From: Octopus bimaculoides
Lineage: Eukaryota
DNA length: 64,000 bases
Reading direction: 5' to 3'
Assembly (NCBI RefSeq): GCF_001194135.2
Contig: NC_068982.1
Span: 150,752,097 to 150,816,096, forward strand
Made by a program: the position numbers and the translations under genes
In this document: one piece after another, positions 49,850 to 61,890 of the stretch
Position numbering within the stretch: position 1 is the first letter of the stretch
Layout of the letters: each line of letters begins with the position of its first letter
The notes under the pieces: generated by a model
Told to the model about the DNA's origin: nothing
The model's database searches: none
The model's input: the letters and a program-made list of their open reading frames with translations, nothing else

Positions 49850-50600
49850 TGCTCTAAATTTCGATAAATAAGTTAATGTGGATATAGTGGTCAGAGAAAG
49901 TGAGAGGAAGGGTCTGTTCATAAATTGCAAGAAGACAGAGTGTATGGTGGTGACAAAGAAGGAATGCCCAAAGTGCATGCTGAAAGTGAACACACAAATT
50001 GTTAAACAGATATCACCCTTCAGCTCCCTTGGAACTTTGATCACAGAAGATGCAAGATGTGTGAAAGAGATTAAGAGATGAATAGTGCTGGCAAAGTATG
50101 CATTCTCAAAGCTGTATAGCATCTTAAGAAACCGTACTCTGAGCATCAAGACCAAGATCCATATATTGAACTGTTGTCTATTGTCTACCCTGTGTTATGT
50201 ATGGAAGTAAGGCATGGTCTATAACATCAGAAATGAAAAGGTGCTTGGGGAGCTGTGAAATGTGGTTCTTAAGGAGGATATCGAGGATAACATGAACAAA
50301 GTGTCTAATGAAGAAGCGATGACCTGGACTGCAATAAATAAGAAACTGCTTTGTAAGATAAGGGCCAAGCAACTGAGATTTCTTGGTCATGTGATGAGGA
50401 AAGAGGAAAGATTGAAAGGAAAAGAAGCAGAAGAAAGAAAAGGATGATATGGATGTCAAGCTTGACAAACTGGTTGTAAGAAAAAGTCATTAAACATCAC
50501 AAAGTCGAATTGTTACTGAAAACAAAGAACAGAGAATTGTGGCAGGACATGGTCGCTTGCGTCCTACATTCTGAACATGGCACCTAAACAAAGGAAGAAG
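49850..50600 (+). mobile_element. 5'-truncated RTE LINE (RT C-terminal region), a separate family
   Basis: ESERKGLFINCKKTECMVV...LGTLITEDARCVKEIKR...SIKTKIHILNC...AKQLRFLGHVMRKE; AAG-type tail. Confidence 0.85.
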
Positions 50601-52371
50601 TTAATGTGTGATGAATTGAATGCATCTCAAAGAAAAGGACAAATGATGTTATCTCTTTTTCTTTGAGTAACTAACAGTTGCTGCTAGGTTTTTGTTTCCT
50701 TTCTGGAACTAAGAAGGAAATTTTAAATGTGGAATTTTTTGCATACAACATTTAGTACATCACCTTGTAACTTCATAGGTGATGAAGACAATCATAAGCA
50801 ACCTTATCCATTATTACCTTAATGTCTCTTTGTCATCTCAATAACTAACTGTATAGTTTGTGTACAATCAGTTTGGCTGCTCTCTACTGCCACATTCCAG
50901 TGATCTCTGACTTTTATGAACTTTTACAAAATAATCTTAATGCTCTCAATACCAAGAAAATACTCAGCCAGGTCTAAGATGCGAATTGCCCACCTGTATT
51001 GGCATCACATCTCTTGATTAAAAAATTTTCTGATTGCTTCCTTGCATATAATACTATCCTTCACTTCTGTTTAGCCTTTTGTATTTTTGTGTCATCTACA
51101 CAGAAAATCTACTCTACTTCCATGAATAGAGACCTTGAAAAACTTACTCCCATAGAAAGAAGATAACTAAGTCTCCTTCAGCAGTACCAAACCAATCATT
51201 ATACCTATCAAAGAAACACCTCCTCACTCAGCCCCAAATCAACAGTTAGTTTTCTTACTCTTGGTATTCCTACCAAATCCTACCAAATATTTTGCTGAAT
51301 CATTTTTCTCCACCATAAAATAACCTTCTTATTCCTCATCTGCATTGACTTTACATATCTGAGAAAGTCTGTAAAATGCAGTGGGCATTAACGTTCTTTG
51401 GATAATTAATGACTTTGAAATTGGTATAAGGCCACAATTTTTTTAAGGAGGAGGAGGGGTCTATTAAATCAGTACCAACACTTGAGTGTACTTTATTTTA
51501 TTGACCTTGGAAGGATGAAAGATAGAGTGGATCTTTGCAGGATTAGATCTCAAAAAGTAAAGCACCATAACTAAATACTACAAAGCACTGTTCTAATGAT
51601 TCTGCCAATGCAGCATCACCCGAAACTAATTAACAAAACAAAAATGCAAGGTTTTAAAGCAAGAGCACAGAAATATTCTGTCAACTTTTGGTAGACAGCA
51701 ATTGCACACCTACACAAAAGCTTATAAAATAATATGTATGGACAAACACAACTAAAAACAAGTATGTACAAAGATAAAAAAAAAAAATTAACAGAAAAAA
51801 ATCCTTTGTTAAATACCAATTGGTTATATTCAGTTGATAAAGTATTAATTATTAACAAAAGCATATTAAGTTGAGGCATATTTTAACAATTAAACCAGTT
51901 TATACAGATAATTGTTGCTGAAATATGTGACAATCTTTTGTATTATTAACAAATTTTTATTCTGAAAAACTATGACAATGTCCCGCAAAATAAGGAAAAT
52001 TTTTCAAGTGTTAATGTAATTTTTTTCTTTTTTTTTCTCACTTATTATGAATAAAATTGTAATTATATGCTGCTAAATGTGTGTTTTAATTATATAAAAC
52101 AAGCAAAATACAAGGTGGCTGGATCACTGTCTACAGCCTTTGTAAGCCAGACTTGTGATATTGATGTAGTTAATGCTAAACCCTTTTAATACTATATTGT
52201 CAGGTTCATTGATACAAAAACCAGCTGCTTTAAAGACTTCATATTTAAATCACAATACTAATTAATGAAAATGTTGTACTATATCTCACCAAATCTTTCA
52301 TTACTTTTAGAATTAATTGGAACTTATACTGTGTATTTCATTGTAAACCAGGAAAGGATTAACTGTTTGAT

Positions 52372-52830
52372 ATATCATCATCATCATCATTTAACGTCTG
52401 CTTTCCATGCTAGCATGGGTTGGACGATTTGACTGAGGACTGGCGAACCAGTTGGCTGCACCAGGCTCCAATCTGATTTGGCTGAGTTTCTACAGCTGGA
52501 TGCCCTTCCTAACGCCAACCACTCCGAGAGTGTAGCGGGTGCTTTTACGTGCCACCGGCACAAGGGCCAATCAGGCGGTACTGGCAACGGCCACGCTCAA
52601 ATAGTATTTTTTACATGCCACCTGCACAGGAGCCAATCCAGTGGTACTGGCAACGACCTCGCTTGAATGTTTTTTCACGTGCCAGTAAGGTGACGCTGGT
52701 AACGATCACGCTCAAATGGTGCTATTTACATGCCACTGGCATGGAAGCCAGACAGATGCTCTGCCAATGATCATGCTCGGACGGTGCTGTTAGCACTCCA
52801 CTGGCATGGGTGCCAGTCATCGAATTTGGT
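52372..52830 (-). mobile_element. RTE LINE 3' end with about five 55-65 bp tandem units
   Basis: GAT tail, shared UTR, repeated TTTTACRTGCCAC..GCAC...ACTGGCAACG..CACGCTC. Confidence 0.85.
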
Positions 52831-53384
52831 TCAATTTCGATAAGGTAATTTGAACCAGGTATTAGCTCCAGAAAATTGCAGCCTTGAGGATAAAGAATTG
52901 GTTCCAGGATAAAGGGAAGATAAGAGATAATGTATCTGACAGTGTACTAAGAATGGTACATAGTGAAAATACTTTAGAAGAACAGAAGTCATTTAAGTAA
53001 TAGTAGAAGTGACAAAATATTGGTGTGTTAATTGTTGTTTAATTACACTGGTCGACAAAGAATTTGTCCCAAGAAAAAGAATACCTGTATCTTATATGTT
53101 TTTGCATGCAATCACCCACAGTTTCTCTGTTTCACAATATCCCTCTCAGTTCCTGTTACGTGGGCTAAATTTCAGCTAAGCTGTTGTAATGTGAAGCTAA
53201 TGGTTTAAGAAATACTCCTAATTTAAATGTTTATGAACAGAATTAACCTAACAAAATCATAAATCTATCTGAGTGAATGAGTCACCAAAGCTTGGCAATA
53301 TTGAGTCGATGAATCACTGATGCTTTGTCAGTACTGTGCTTGAAGTATATGCATGTGGTTGTGTACTAAGTTCATACATTCCAG

Positions 53385-54740
53385 TCATCATCATCATCAT
53401 CATCGTTTAACGTCCGCTTTCCATGCTAGCATGGGTTGGACGATTTGACTGAGGACTGGTGAAACCGGATGGCAACACCAGGCTCCAGTCTGATTTGGCA
53501 GAGTTTCTACAGCTGGATGCCCTTCCTAACGCCAACCACTCAGAGAGTGTAGTGGGTGCTTTTACGTGTCACCCGCACGAAAACGGCCACGCTCGAAATG
53601 GTGTCTTTTATGTGCCACCCGCACAAGCCAGTCCAGGGGCACTGGCAACGATCTCGCTCGAAAATCCTACAGGAGCCAGTCAGGCGGTACTNNNNNNNNN
53701 NNNNNNNNNNNNNNNNNNNNNNNNNNNNNNNNNNNNNNNNNNNNNNNNNNNNNNNNNNNNNNNNNNNNNNNNNNNNNNNNNNNNNNNNNNNNNNNNNNNN
53801 NNNNNNNNNNNNNNNNNNNNNNNNNNNNNNNNNNNNNNNNNNNNNNNNNNNNNNNNNNNNNNNNNNNNNNNNNNNNNNNNNNNNNNNNNNNNNNNNNNNN
53901 NNNNNNNNNNNNNNNNNNNNNNNNNNNNNNNNNNNNNNNNNNNNNNNNNNNNNNNNNNNNNNNNNNNNNNNNNNNNNNNNNNNNNNNNNNNNNNNNNNNN
54001 NNNNNNNNNNNNNNNNNNNNNNNNNNNNNNNNNNNNNNNNNNNNNNNNNNNNNNNNNNNNNNNNNNNNNNNNNNNNNNNNNNNNNNNNNNNNNNNNNNNN
54101 NNNNNNNNNNNNNNNNNNNNNNNNNNNNNNNNNNNNNNNNNNNNNNNNNNNNNNNNNNNNNNNNNNNNNNNNNNNNNNNNNNNNNNNNNNNNNNNNNNNN
54201 NNNNNNNNNNNNNNNNNNNNNNNNNNNNNNNNNNNNNNNNNNNNNNNNNNNNNNNNNNNNNNNNNNNNNNNNNNNNNNNNNNNNNNNNNNNNNNNNNNNN
54301 NNNNNNNNNNNNNNNNNNNNNNNNNNNNNNNNNNNNNNNNNNNNNNNNNNNNNNNNNNNNNNTCCACACCTGAAACTTCTCCTCTAGTTCTGATAGTGAC
54401 TCCGCAATTAGGGCAAGGTCATCAGCATAGAGGAGCTCCCAGGGGCAACCTGTCTTGAACTCCTCTGTGATTGCCTGGAGGACTATGGTAAATAATAGGG
54501 GGCTGAGGACGGAACCTTGGTGGACCCCTACCTCTACCCGGAATTCATTGCTGTACTCATTTCCAACCCTCACCTTACTGGCCGCATCTCTGTACATGGC
54601 TCGCACAGCTCTCACTAGCCATTCTTCTATCCCAAGTTTCCTCATTGACCACCAGATAAGGGATCGGGGGACCCTGTCAAAGGCTTTCTCCATGTCAACG
54701 AAAGCCAGGTACAGAGGTTTATCCTTGACCTTCATAAAGC
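53385..54740 (-). mobile_element. Young 5'-truncated RTE LINE spanning an N gap; visible RT segment uninterrupted
   Basis: KDKPLYLAFVDMEKAFDRVPR...GVHQGSVLSPLLFTIVLQAITEEFKTGCPWELLYADDLALIAESLSELEEKFQVW with no stop in 54363-54740; 3' UTR and (GAT)n at 53385-53691. Confidence 0.93.
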
Positions 54741-54744
54741 CAAG

Positions 54745-54915
54745 AAACATTGCAAACAACTTTTGCTATATTTGCGGTGACTTAACGTTCAAGTCACAAA
54801 AACGGTGTTTCACGCCATTGATTAAAAAGTGCTATGAGCATTACTTTGAGCTCAAAGTGGGTGACCAGGATAAAAGCTGGACCCCTCATGTGTGTTGTGT
54901 AACTTGTGTCTGGCA
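54745..54915 (+). mobile_element. DNA-transposase N-terminal zinc-finger fragment (Chapaev3/CMC-like, tentative)
   Basis: NNFCYICGDLTFKSQKRCFTPLIKKCYEHYFELKVGDQDKSWTPHVCCVTC: CxxCG...GDQDKxWxPH..CxxC pattern; superfamily assigned from memory. Confidence 0.6.
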
Positions 54916-55514
54916 CAATGCTTTTGGTCATTAGTCTGCTCAATCAGAGTTGACCTGAGGTGAAACAGTAGTCACCAAAGATTCATTTTTCTGCTGAGTT
55001 TGATATATTTACCAGACTAAAGTAAAGTTTCAATCATAAATCAATCTTTAAACTACACAATCTGGCTGCAGAAAATTAATTTTATATTTACCCTCTACAT
55101 ATGTGAAAGATTTATGATGGTTTTGAAAACTGACTGAAAACAAGTTAGAAACAGATGTTATACTTCAACAGATACGTTTAATTACATCAAGTGGAATAAA
55201 CATGAAACATATGTATAATTTGTTTTAGTATTTGAATTGTAAATCAGGAAACCCATGAATTTAAAAACTAGAAGGTAGTATACTAGAGGGTAGAAGATTC
55301 AGTATGTATTTGGTTCAACAAATGAAATATACAAAAGTAGTAGCAAAAGAAAAGGAAAATAAAGAAAGCTTCTAACAATGGAGAAATATACAATGTTTTA
55401 GATGAATCGTGGATAATCAATTCCAGCTGGGTTTCAAATCTCTCCACAAAGAACCCCAACAAACTGCAATACCTTTTACATCATGACAGACTGAACAATG
55501 ACTGCACCCTTATA

Positions 55515-56760
55515 CAGGGTGGGGGAGAGAGGACGGACATTTTTGAAAAATTCACAAAATAATTCATTTTAGCTGCAAACAAATTTTATTGACATCAATG
55601 AGTTCATATGAAATTAGCATTTGTCAAAATCAAGTGTGGAAAACAACACCCATCATGTGGTGTCCATTTTTATTGATGCATTTCTGAAGGTGTTCTTGGA
55701 AGTTGGCCTCCACTCTCTCCAGCATTGCTCTGTCAATCTGGGTGACTTCCATGTGAATAGCTTCCTCCAAATTGTCCAATTTATGGGGCTTATGTACATA
55801 CACACATGCCTTGAAGTTTCCCCACAAGAAATAATCACACATGGATAAATCAGGGGACTGAGGGGGCCAAGGAAGTCAGCAAACCTGGAAATGAGGCAGT
55901 CACTGAAGAGAGGGTGAAGAACATTCATTGATGCTCTGGCTGTATGGGCTGTTGCCCCATCCTGCTGAGACCACACACATAGAATAGGCATATGTTTTCA
56001 TCGTAATTCAGGCACAAAGAAGTTGTTTATCATCTCAATGTAACGTTCAGAGTTTACAGTAACAGCATTTCCATTACTATCTTCAAAAAAGTAAGGACCA
56101 ACGAGGGCAGCTTTTCCAACAGCACACCAGACTGTAACTTTTGGGCTGCACAGTGGTCTTTTGTGCAGTTCTCTCAGAGTTTTAAGAGCCCAATAACGAC
56201 AGTTCTGTTGATTCACCACGCCATTGAGATGAAAATGAGCTTCCTCACTCATTAACAAAATGAGGTTGTCATTTGCTTCAAAAATTGCTTCCATCTGATG
56301 TGCAAAGTTAAGCTGCTGTGCACAGTCCCATCGTTTCAACTGTTGCCCAATGACCAATTTGTACATGTGGAAATGTGGTCTTCATGCAAAATATGCCTTA
56401 CTGATTGATTACCGATGCCAAGTTTAGTAGAATGCCTCCAAGCACTGCGATTCGGACTCTGTATCAAAGCTTGTCTGACGCGTTCCACATTTTCTGGGGT
56501 CTGTACCATTTGTGGTGCCCCCACTGGTCCCCTATTCATTAGTGTATCTCATGTACAAAGTGCATTCACCCAACATAAGATTGTTATGGGTGGGAACAAC
56601 CTGATTTCAGTGAATGTTGAAGTGGTGCCGAAACTTATGCCAAACTGCTGTGACAGACTTGTTATTCTTCATGTAACTGTTGTAGGCAAACACGCAATGC
56701 TCTATTTCCCACAGTGCCATGGCTTCACCTGAAAAGACAAAAAAATGCTAAGACACCATG
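55515..56760 (-). mobile_element. Decayed Tc1/mariner-superfamily element, probably DD41D (rosa/VS)
   Basis: MSEEAHFHLNGVVNQQNCRYW, SPKVTVWCAVG...GPYFFED...TVNSERY, QQDGATAHT...WPPQSPDLSMCDYFLWG. One end TA-CAGGGTG at 55513; the other TIR is not clear. Confidence 0.85.
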
Positions 56761-57507
56761 GACCAAATGGTACCTGTCAGGCATGTGTCCTTCCTCCTGG
56801 GGTTGAGTAACAGCCATTTCAAAGTCTACCAGCTGTGTCTGTTGTCTTAGTAAACTCCAACTCTTACAGTTCCTGCCAAAGGCAAAATCCTATCTAAATA
56901 TGCAAGTAATTAATTACAACACTCCATTCTCCCCATAATCCAGACAAGCACAAAAGTAGTAGCAGTATCAATACTGTGATTAGCTGCAAGCTCTGCACAG
57001 AGGAACAACTACTGTTGCCATTACACTCTGACAAGACAAGGTCTACCTCATCCTCCTCAGCTGCAGTTGCCACCAGAACCTACTTGCATACATATAAACA
57101 ATAAAAATGTCTATGTGGTCACTCAACCTGCTGTAAAAAACACAGCCTACTATCTTAAAAAAACACAAACAAACAGGACAAATGTTAGTTTTAACCCTTA
57201 AAAAGGCAGGCTGGCTATAACTGGGACACCTTTGAACATAGATCTCCAAATTTTGTCTAGAATGGTGAAAAAAAAAAAAGAATATTTTACAACTTACATA
57301 AAATTTATTGATTGAACTTTTTTTAAAGTAAATTTAAATTTATGAGTTTCCTGATTTTACAATTCAAATATTAAAACAAATTACACAGCTATTTTTCATG
57401 TATATTCCACTTGATGTAATTAAATGATTTTTCAGAGTATAACATCTGTTTCTTGCTGGTTTTCAAAATCATCACAACTTTCTCACATGTATAGATTTTG
57501 TGTGCAT

Positions 57508-57990
57508 ATACAGGATGTGTCAGCTTTTTGAGGACATCTCATTCAAAAGCTTTAACTTTCTTTTAACTTACTTTTGCTTTTGCCTTACTTTTGAGATAAA
57601 TAAAGTCAGATATCAGGTTAACTCAGCAAATAAAAAGGCACTCTGTAATAATTGCCTTAAAAGCATAGCATAGTGGCACAGAAATAGCTTGCTTCCTAAA
57701 AGTTGCTTGATCCTTTGTTGTCAAAGTTCAAAAGGAGTTGGAAGCTGCTGATGGGGATCCAACACCAGCAGCCAAACACAGAATGCATGCATAGGGAGCT
57801 AATACCATCAGAACACATAACTCTGTAGAAAAAGTTCAAGTAATAATTGGTAAAAACTCCAGAAAGTCAGTCAAAGCCATTGCAAAGGACCTCAAGGTTT
57901 CAGAATGCACCATCAGAAGAGTTGTGCATGAGGACATTTGGTACAAATCATATGTGATATAAAGGTGTCAGTTTATGTTGGATGTGACAA
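57508..57990 (+). mobile_element. Tc1/mariner-superfamily 5' fragment (HTH region)
   Basis: TA-CAGGATGTGTCA start; TIRTHNSVEKVQVIIGKNSRKSVKAIAKDLKVSECTIRRVVHEDIWYKSY at about 57804-57955. Confidence 0.72.
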
Positions 57991-58434
57991 GAGAGAATTG
58001 TTTGATCTGAGCAAAGTGCTTGTTAAACAAGTTAACACCAAAAAGTTGGAATGCTTTAGTTTTTCTCTGATGAGAAAAACTTCAATTAGGACCATCAATG
58101 TGTGTATCTGTCATACAAGCAGTATCATTGTTTTCAAAAATTCTATGAAAACATGTCTGACCATGGGGAAATAGGTGAGGATTGGTAACAGGAAGAGTAT
58201 CCAGCCATAAGAAATCTGCTTCAATAAACTGTATCCTACCTATGCAAGCATGGAAAAGTGGACAATAAAACAATGATTTTATGTTTACTTTTCTAAGCTG
58301 GCAGGTTTTGAACAAGTCATCAAGGTCTAAGTTGGGTTTTATACAGACTTACTGCCCTCCTAGGTGCTAACTAAAATAATACAACTGTGGTAGTTGATTC
58401 TATTAAATTTCTAAGAGCAAAAGTTGAGAACAAT

Positions 58435-58780
58435 AGAAAAGAAACTTGTAAATATATGTGAAAAGCACCATTCGGGCATGATCGTTGCCAGTGCTACTGG
58501 GCTGGCTCCCGTGCAGGTAGCATGTAAAAACACCTTTTGAACGTGAGCGTGGTTATTGCGAGAACTGCCTGACATGCCCTCATGCCAGTGGCAGGTAAAA
58601 AACACCCACTACACTCTTAGAATGGTTGGCATTAGGAAGGGCATCCAGCTGTAGAAACTTTGCCAGACCTGATTGAGCCTTGTGCAGCCTCTGGTTCACC
58701 AGTCCTCAGTCAAACTGTCCAACCCATGCCAGCATGGAAAGCGGGCATTAGATGATGATGATGGTGATAATGATGATGAT
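58435..58780 (+). mobile_element. RTE LINE 3' end
   Basis: Three tandem UTR units, TTAGGAAGGGCATCCAGC core, GAT tail. Confidence 0.82.
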
Positions 58781-60422
58781 GTAGATTTCGTTTCAAATTC
58801 TGGCTTAGAATCTAGGAAGCTATTTGTTACGGTTCCATTCATTGTGATTGAAATGTCTTTGGATCCAGATATATTTCAACCACAACATATAAAACTCTCT
58901 CTATATATACTCCATTGTTCATTGTAACTACATCTATTTAAACTACTACACTTCTTTTGGATTACTTAACATTGATGCAGACTCAACTTACTTCCATTCT
59001 GGATTTTTCCATGAAATTCTGATGTAGTGGACAATGAAAAGTGATACAGAAGAAACTGCTCTAATAATTATTTCTGTAACAAAATAACAATATAAATATG
59101 AAGTAGTCATTAATTCCCTGATGACCCAATAAATGTAGAAGTATGTGTAAATACTTTACACTATATTATTCTGAAGAAAAGTAAGTTAATTCTTTCTGTT
59201 TGGATAAGTGATGTACTGAGCATGTGTATATGATATATCTAAGCAGTATTTTTTATTTTTTTTTGTGTGTGTGTATGTAGAATTAAAAGAAAATATTTAA
59301 AAGTCAAAATATATTAAACGAAACTGAGAATTTCAAGTTCTTCTAAAAATTATAATAAACCTATAGACATTTTAAAAAATTACATGAATTTATTTTCCAG
59401 CTAAAAAATTGTTATTCCAATGGGATTAAATTGTAGTCCATGTGTGGCAAAGTTTTATAGGTTAATCTATATTGTATATACTGTAATCATGATGATTCTG
59501 CTTACAATATACTTCCAAATGTACTATGTTTAGTGCCTGCATTGGTACCAAAGCTCCAATGAATACATAAAATCTCTACGAAATTATTCTTCTCTACCCT
59601 CACTTTGAAGCTACTCTTACCGCTTCAGTTCAACTAAGACAAATGAAACTGATTCCTACAACCATCTTTAACTAGTGTACTCCAAGTTGGCTTTATCCTG
59701 CCTAAATTCTTTTAATCTTTCTCTATTGGTATTTATTTCAATCTATAGAAACATGATAGTGTGTTTCATCCAGTGAAAGGCAACTCCTCTCTACTCATTT
59801 CCATCCCTATGGTTAAAGATCTTAAAAATTCTCTGAGAACAATTCAACCTGGTTTGATCCAACATCAGAACACAGCCATCACACACTGATAAGTGTAGTG
59901 ACCTGCAAAGGGTATAGGCACTATCTCTCTTTCTTGCATTATCTAATCTAAAATTGGCTACAATTACCTGAAACAAAATACACAACGCATAAAAGAGAGG
60001 GGAGAAAAGGAGGAAGAGACAAAGAAAATGAGAAAATGTGGTTGTGAGGTGGGATCATTTCCACCATACAGAAAAGTTTTCTCTCAAATATTTTCTCTTT
60101 CTGTTCCAGATTAACTCGAAACTTATTTCTAGAATGTTAAGTTAGATTGCAGTAAGGAGTAGTGGTAAGTCTAATGTTTAGGGCTCTTTCACTTCAGTGT
60201 TGCATTGGATTAATTGTTGCTAACTCAGACCCCTGCATTTTCCTTAGATTTCAGATATTATCAAACACTTGAATAAACCTGGCTTCTATTTACTCTCTCT
60301 CTCTGAAAATATTTACAAAGAGATTTAGAATCTCAAGTTAAGAAACATGATAAGTGATCAGCATCTTTATCACTTTGAATTATTGTTTTTAATCAATAAT
60401 CACCAGCATCATTTGTGTAAAG

Positions 60423-60926
60423 TAGCAGTTCTCAACATTTTTTTTTGTAGCACCCAACTTTTAAGTAGCTGTTATACCTTAATGCCACCTAAGTGGCGAG
60501 TGAGGTATCATGATTAAACTAACTTAACATGGACAATAATTTATAAATTATTTATAAAATAATTTATAAATTATTTATAAAATAATTTATAAATTATTTA
60601 TAAAATAATTTATAAATTATTTATAAAATAATTTATAAATTATTTATAAAATAATTTATAAATAATTTATAAAATAATTTATAAATAATTTATAAAAGCA
60701 GAAGTTGTAAATTTACTTTATACCATTGCAAGTTAATGACTTCTCTGTGCCTAATGAGATCTCATTTTATTTTAATGACCATTAATAGTTTTATCATGTA
60801 TAATATAATTACTACGAAAGGTAAAATTTAGTATGTTAATATGTTACCCCACCACCCACCTCACTGCCCCCTTTGATATGCCAGGTGTCCCCTTGGGGGA
60901 GGTACTGCCCATTTTGAGAACCACTG
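60423..60926. mobile_element. hAT-type MITE with an exact 8-bp TSD, carrying an A/T palindrome array
   Basis: GTGTAAAG at 60415-60422 and 60927-60934; ends TAGCAGTTCTCAAC...TTGAGAACCACTG. Confidence 0.88.
60536..60697. repeat. Pure A/T 23-bp minisatellite containing the palindrome ATAATTTATAAATTAT
   Basis: Five near-perfect ATAATTTATAAATTATTTATAAA units followed by shorter variants; no G or C over about 160 bp. Confidence 0.95.
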
Positions 60927-61509
60927 GTGTAAAGATCTACTATAAACAAGCTCTATCAATATGCCAACAAGTCAGGTCCTTGAGAACTTGGACGAGAACA
61001 CTAGCGTTTCTAGGGGGTGGTAGGGGTAGCACTTTTCATCCTATTGTAGGCTATTGGGGTCTAGGGGTGGCAAACGGAAGGGCCACCTCAGGTGACATAC
61101 TCAAGCTATGCATGTAGGTGAGAGCAAAGTTGTTTGCTTTTGACATTAGCAAAGCCTTTAATCAACCCTACAGTGGAAGCATAACAGCAAAGATGCCTCC
61201 CTATGAATTTTACTTGTCATTAATCACTAAGACTAGCAGCTTCTAGGGGGCCTCTGTATGGTTGTTCAACCTACTAGAAATAGCGTTAAGTGGTTTGTCT
61301 GCAGAAAAGATGCTGTACTGGTAAGATAATTAAATGTTTAGAGACATCCAAATTAAGAAGCTGAGGATCAAGGAGAGCCTTTTCAAGAAACATTTCAACT
61401 TCATCAGTATTTTTTGTTATTGTTTAGCAACAGATTAGCAATGATCAAAAGCATTCCATTTGTGGCTATTACCTCTTTATTTTATAGACATAATATGTTT
61501 AAGACTATC

Positions 61510-61890
61510 ATCTAAGACTGTATGTGGAGGGAACCTGTGGAAAGAACCCAGGAAGATGTGGGTCGAAGTGGTGAGACAGGATCTTTGGATACTGGGCCTC
61601 ACTGAAGATATCACAAGGGGCCAGGAGTTGTGTTGATTTTCTGTACCTGAGAAGACGCACTAAGCAAAGTAAAATCACTGTCATCCATACATACAAGCTT
61701 GTCCTTTACAGGTGCCAGTGGCACATACAAAGCACCCAGCACACTCTGTAAAGTGGTTGGCATTAGGAAGGGCATCCGGCCATGGAAACCATGCCACAAT
61801 AGACAATTGGAGCCTGGACAGCTCCATGTCAAACCATCCAACCCACACCAGCATGGAAAACGGACTTTAAATGATGATGATGATGATGAT
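61510..61890 (+). mobile_element. RTE LINE 3' end
   Basis: GTCGK-PRKMWVEVVRQDL-type C-terminus, single UTR unit, (GAT)n tail. Confidence 0.82.
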
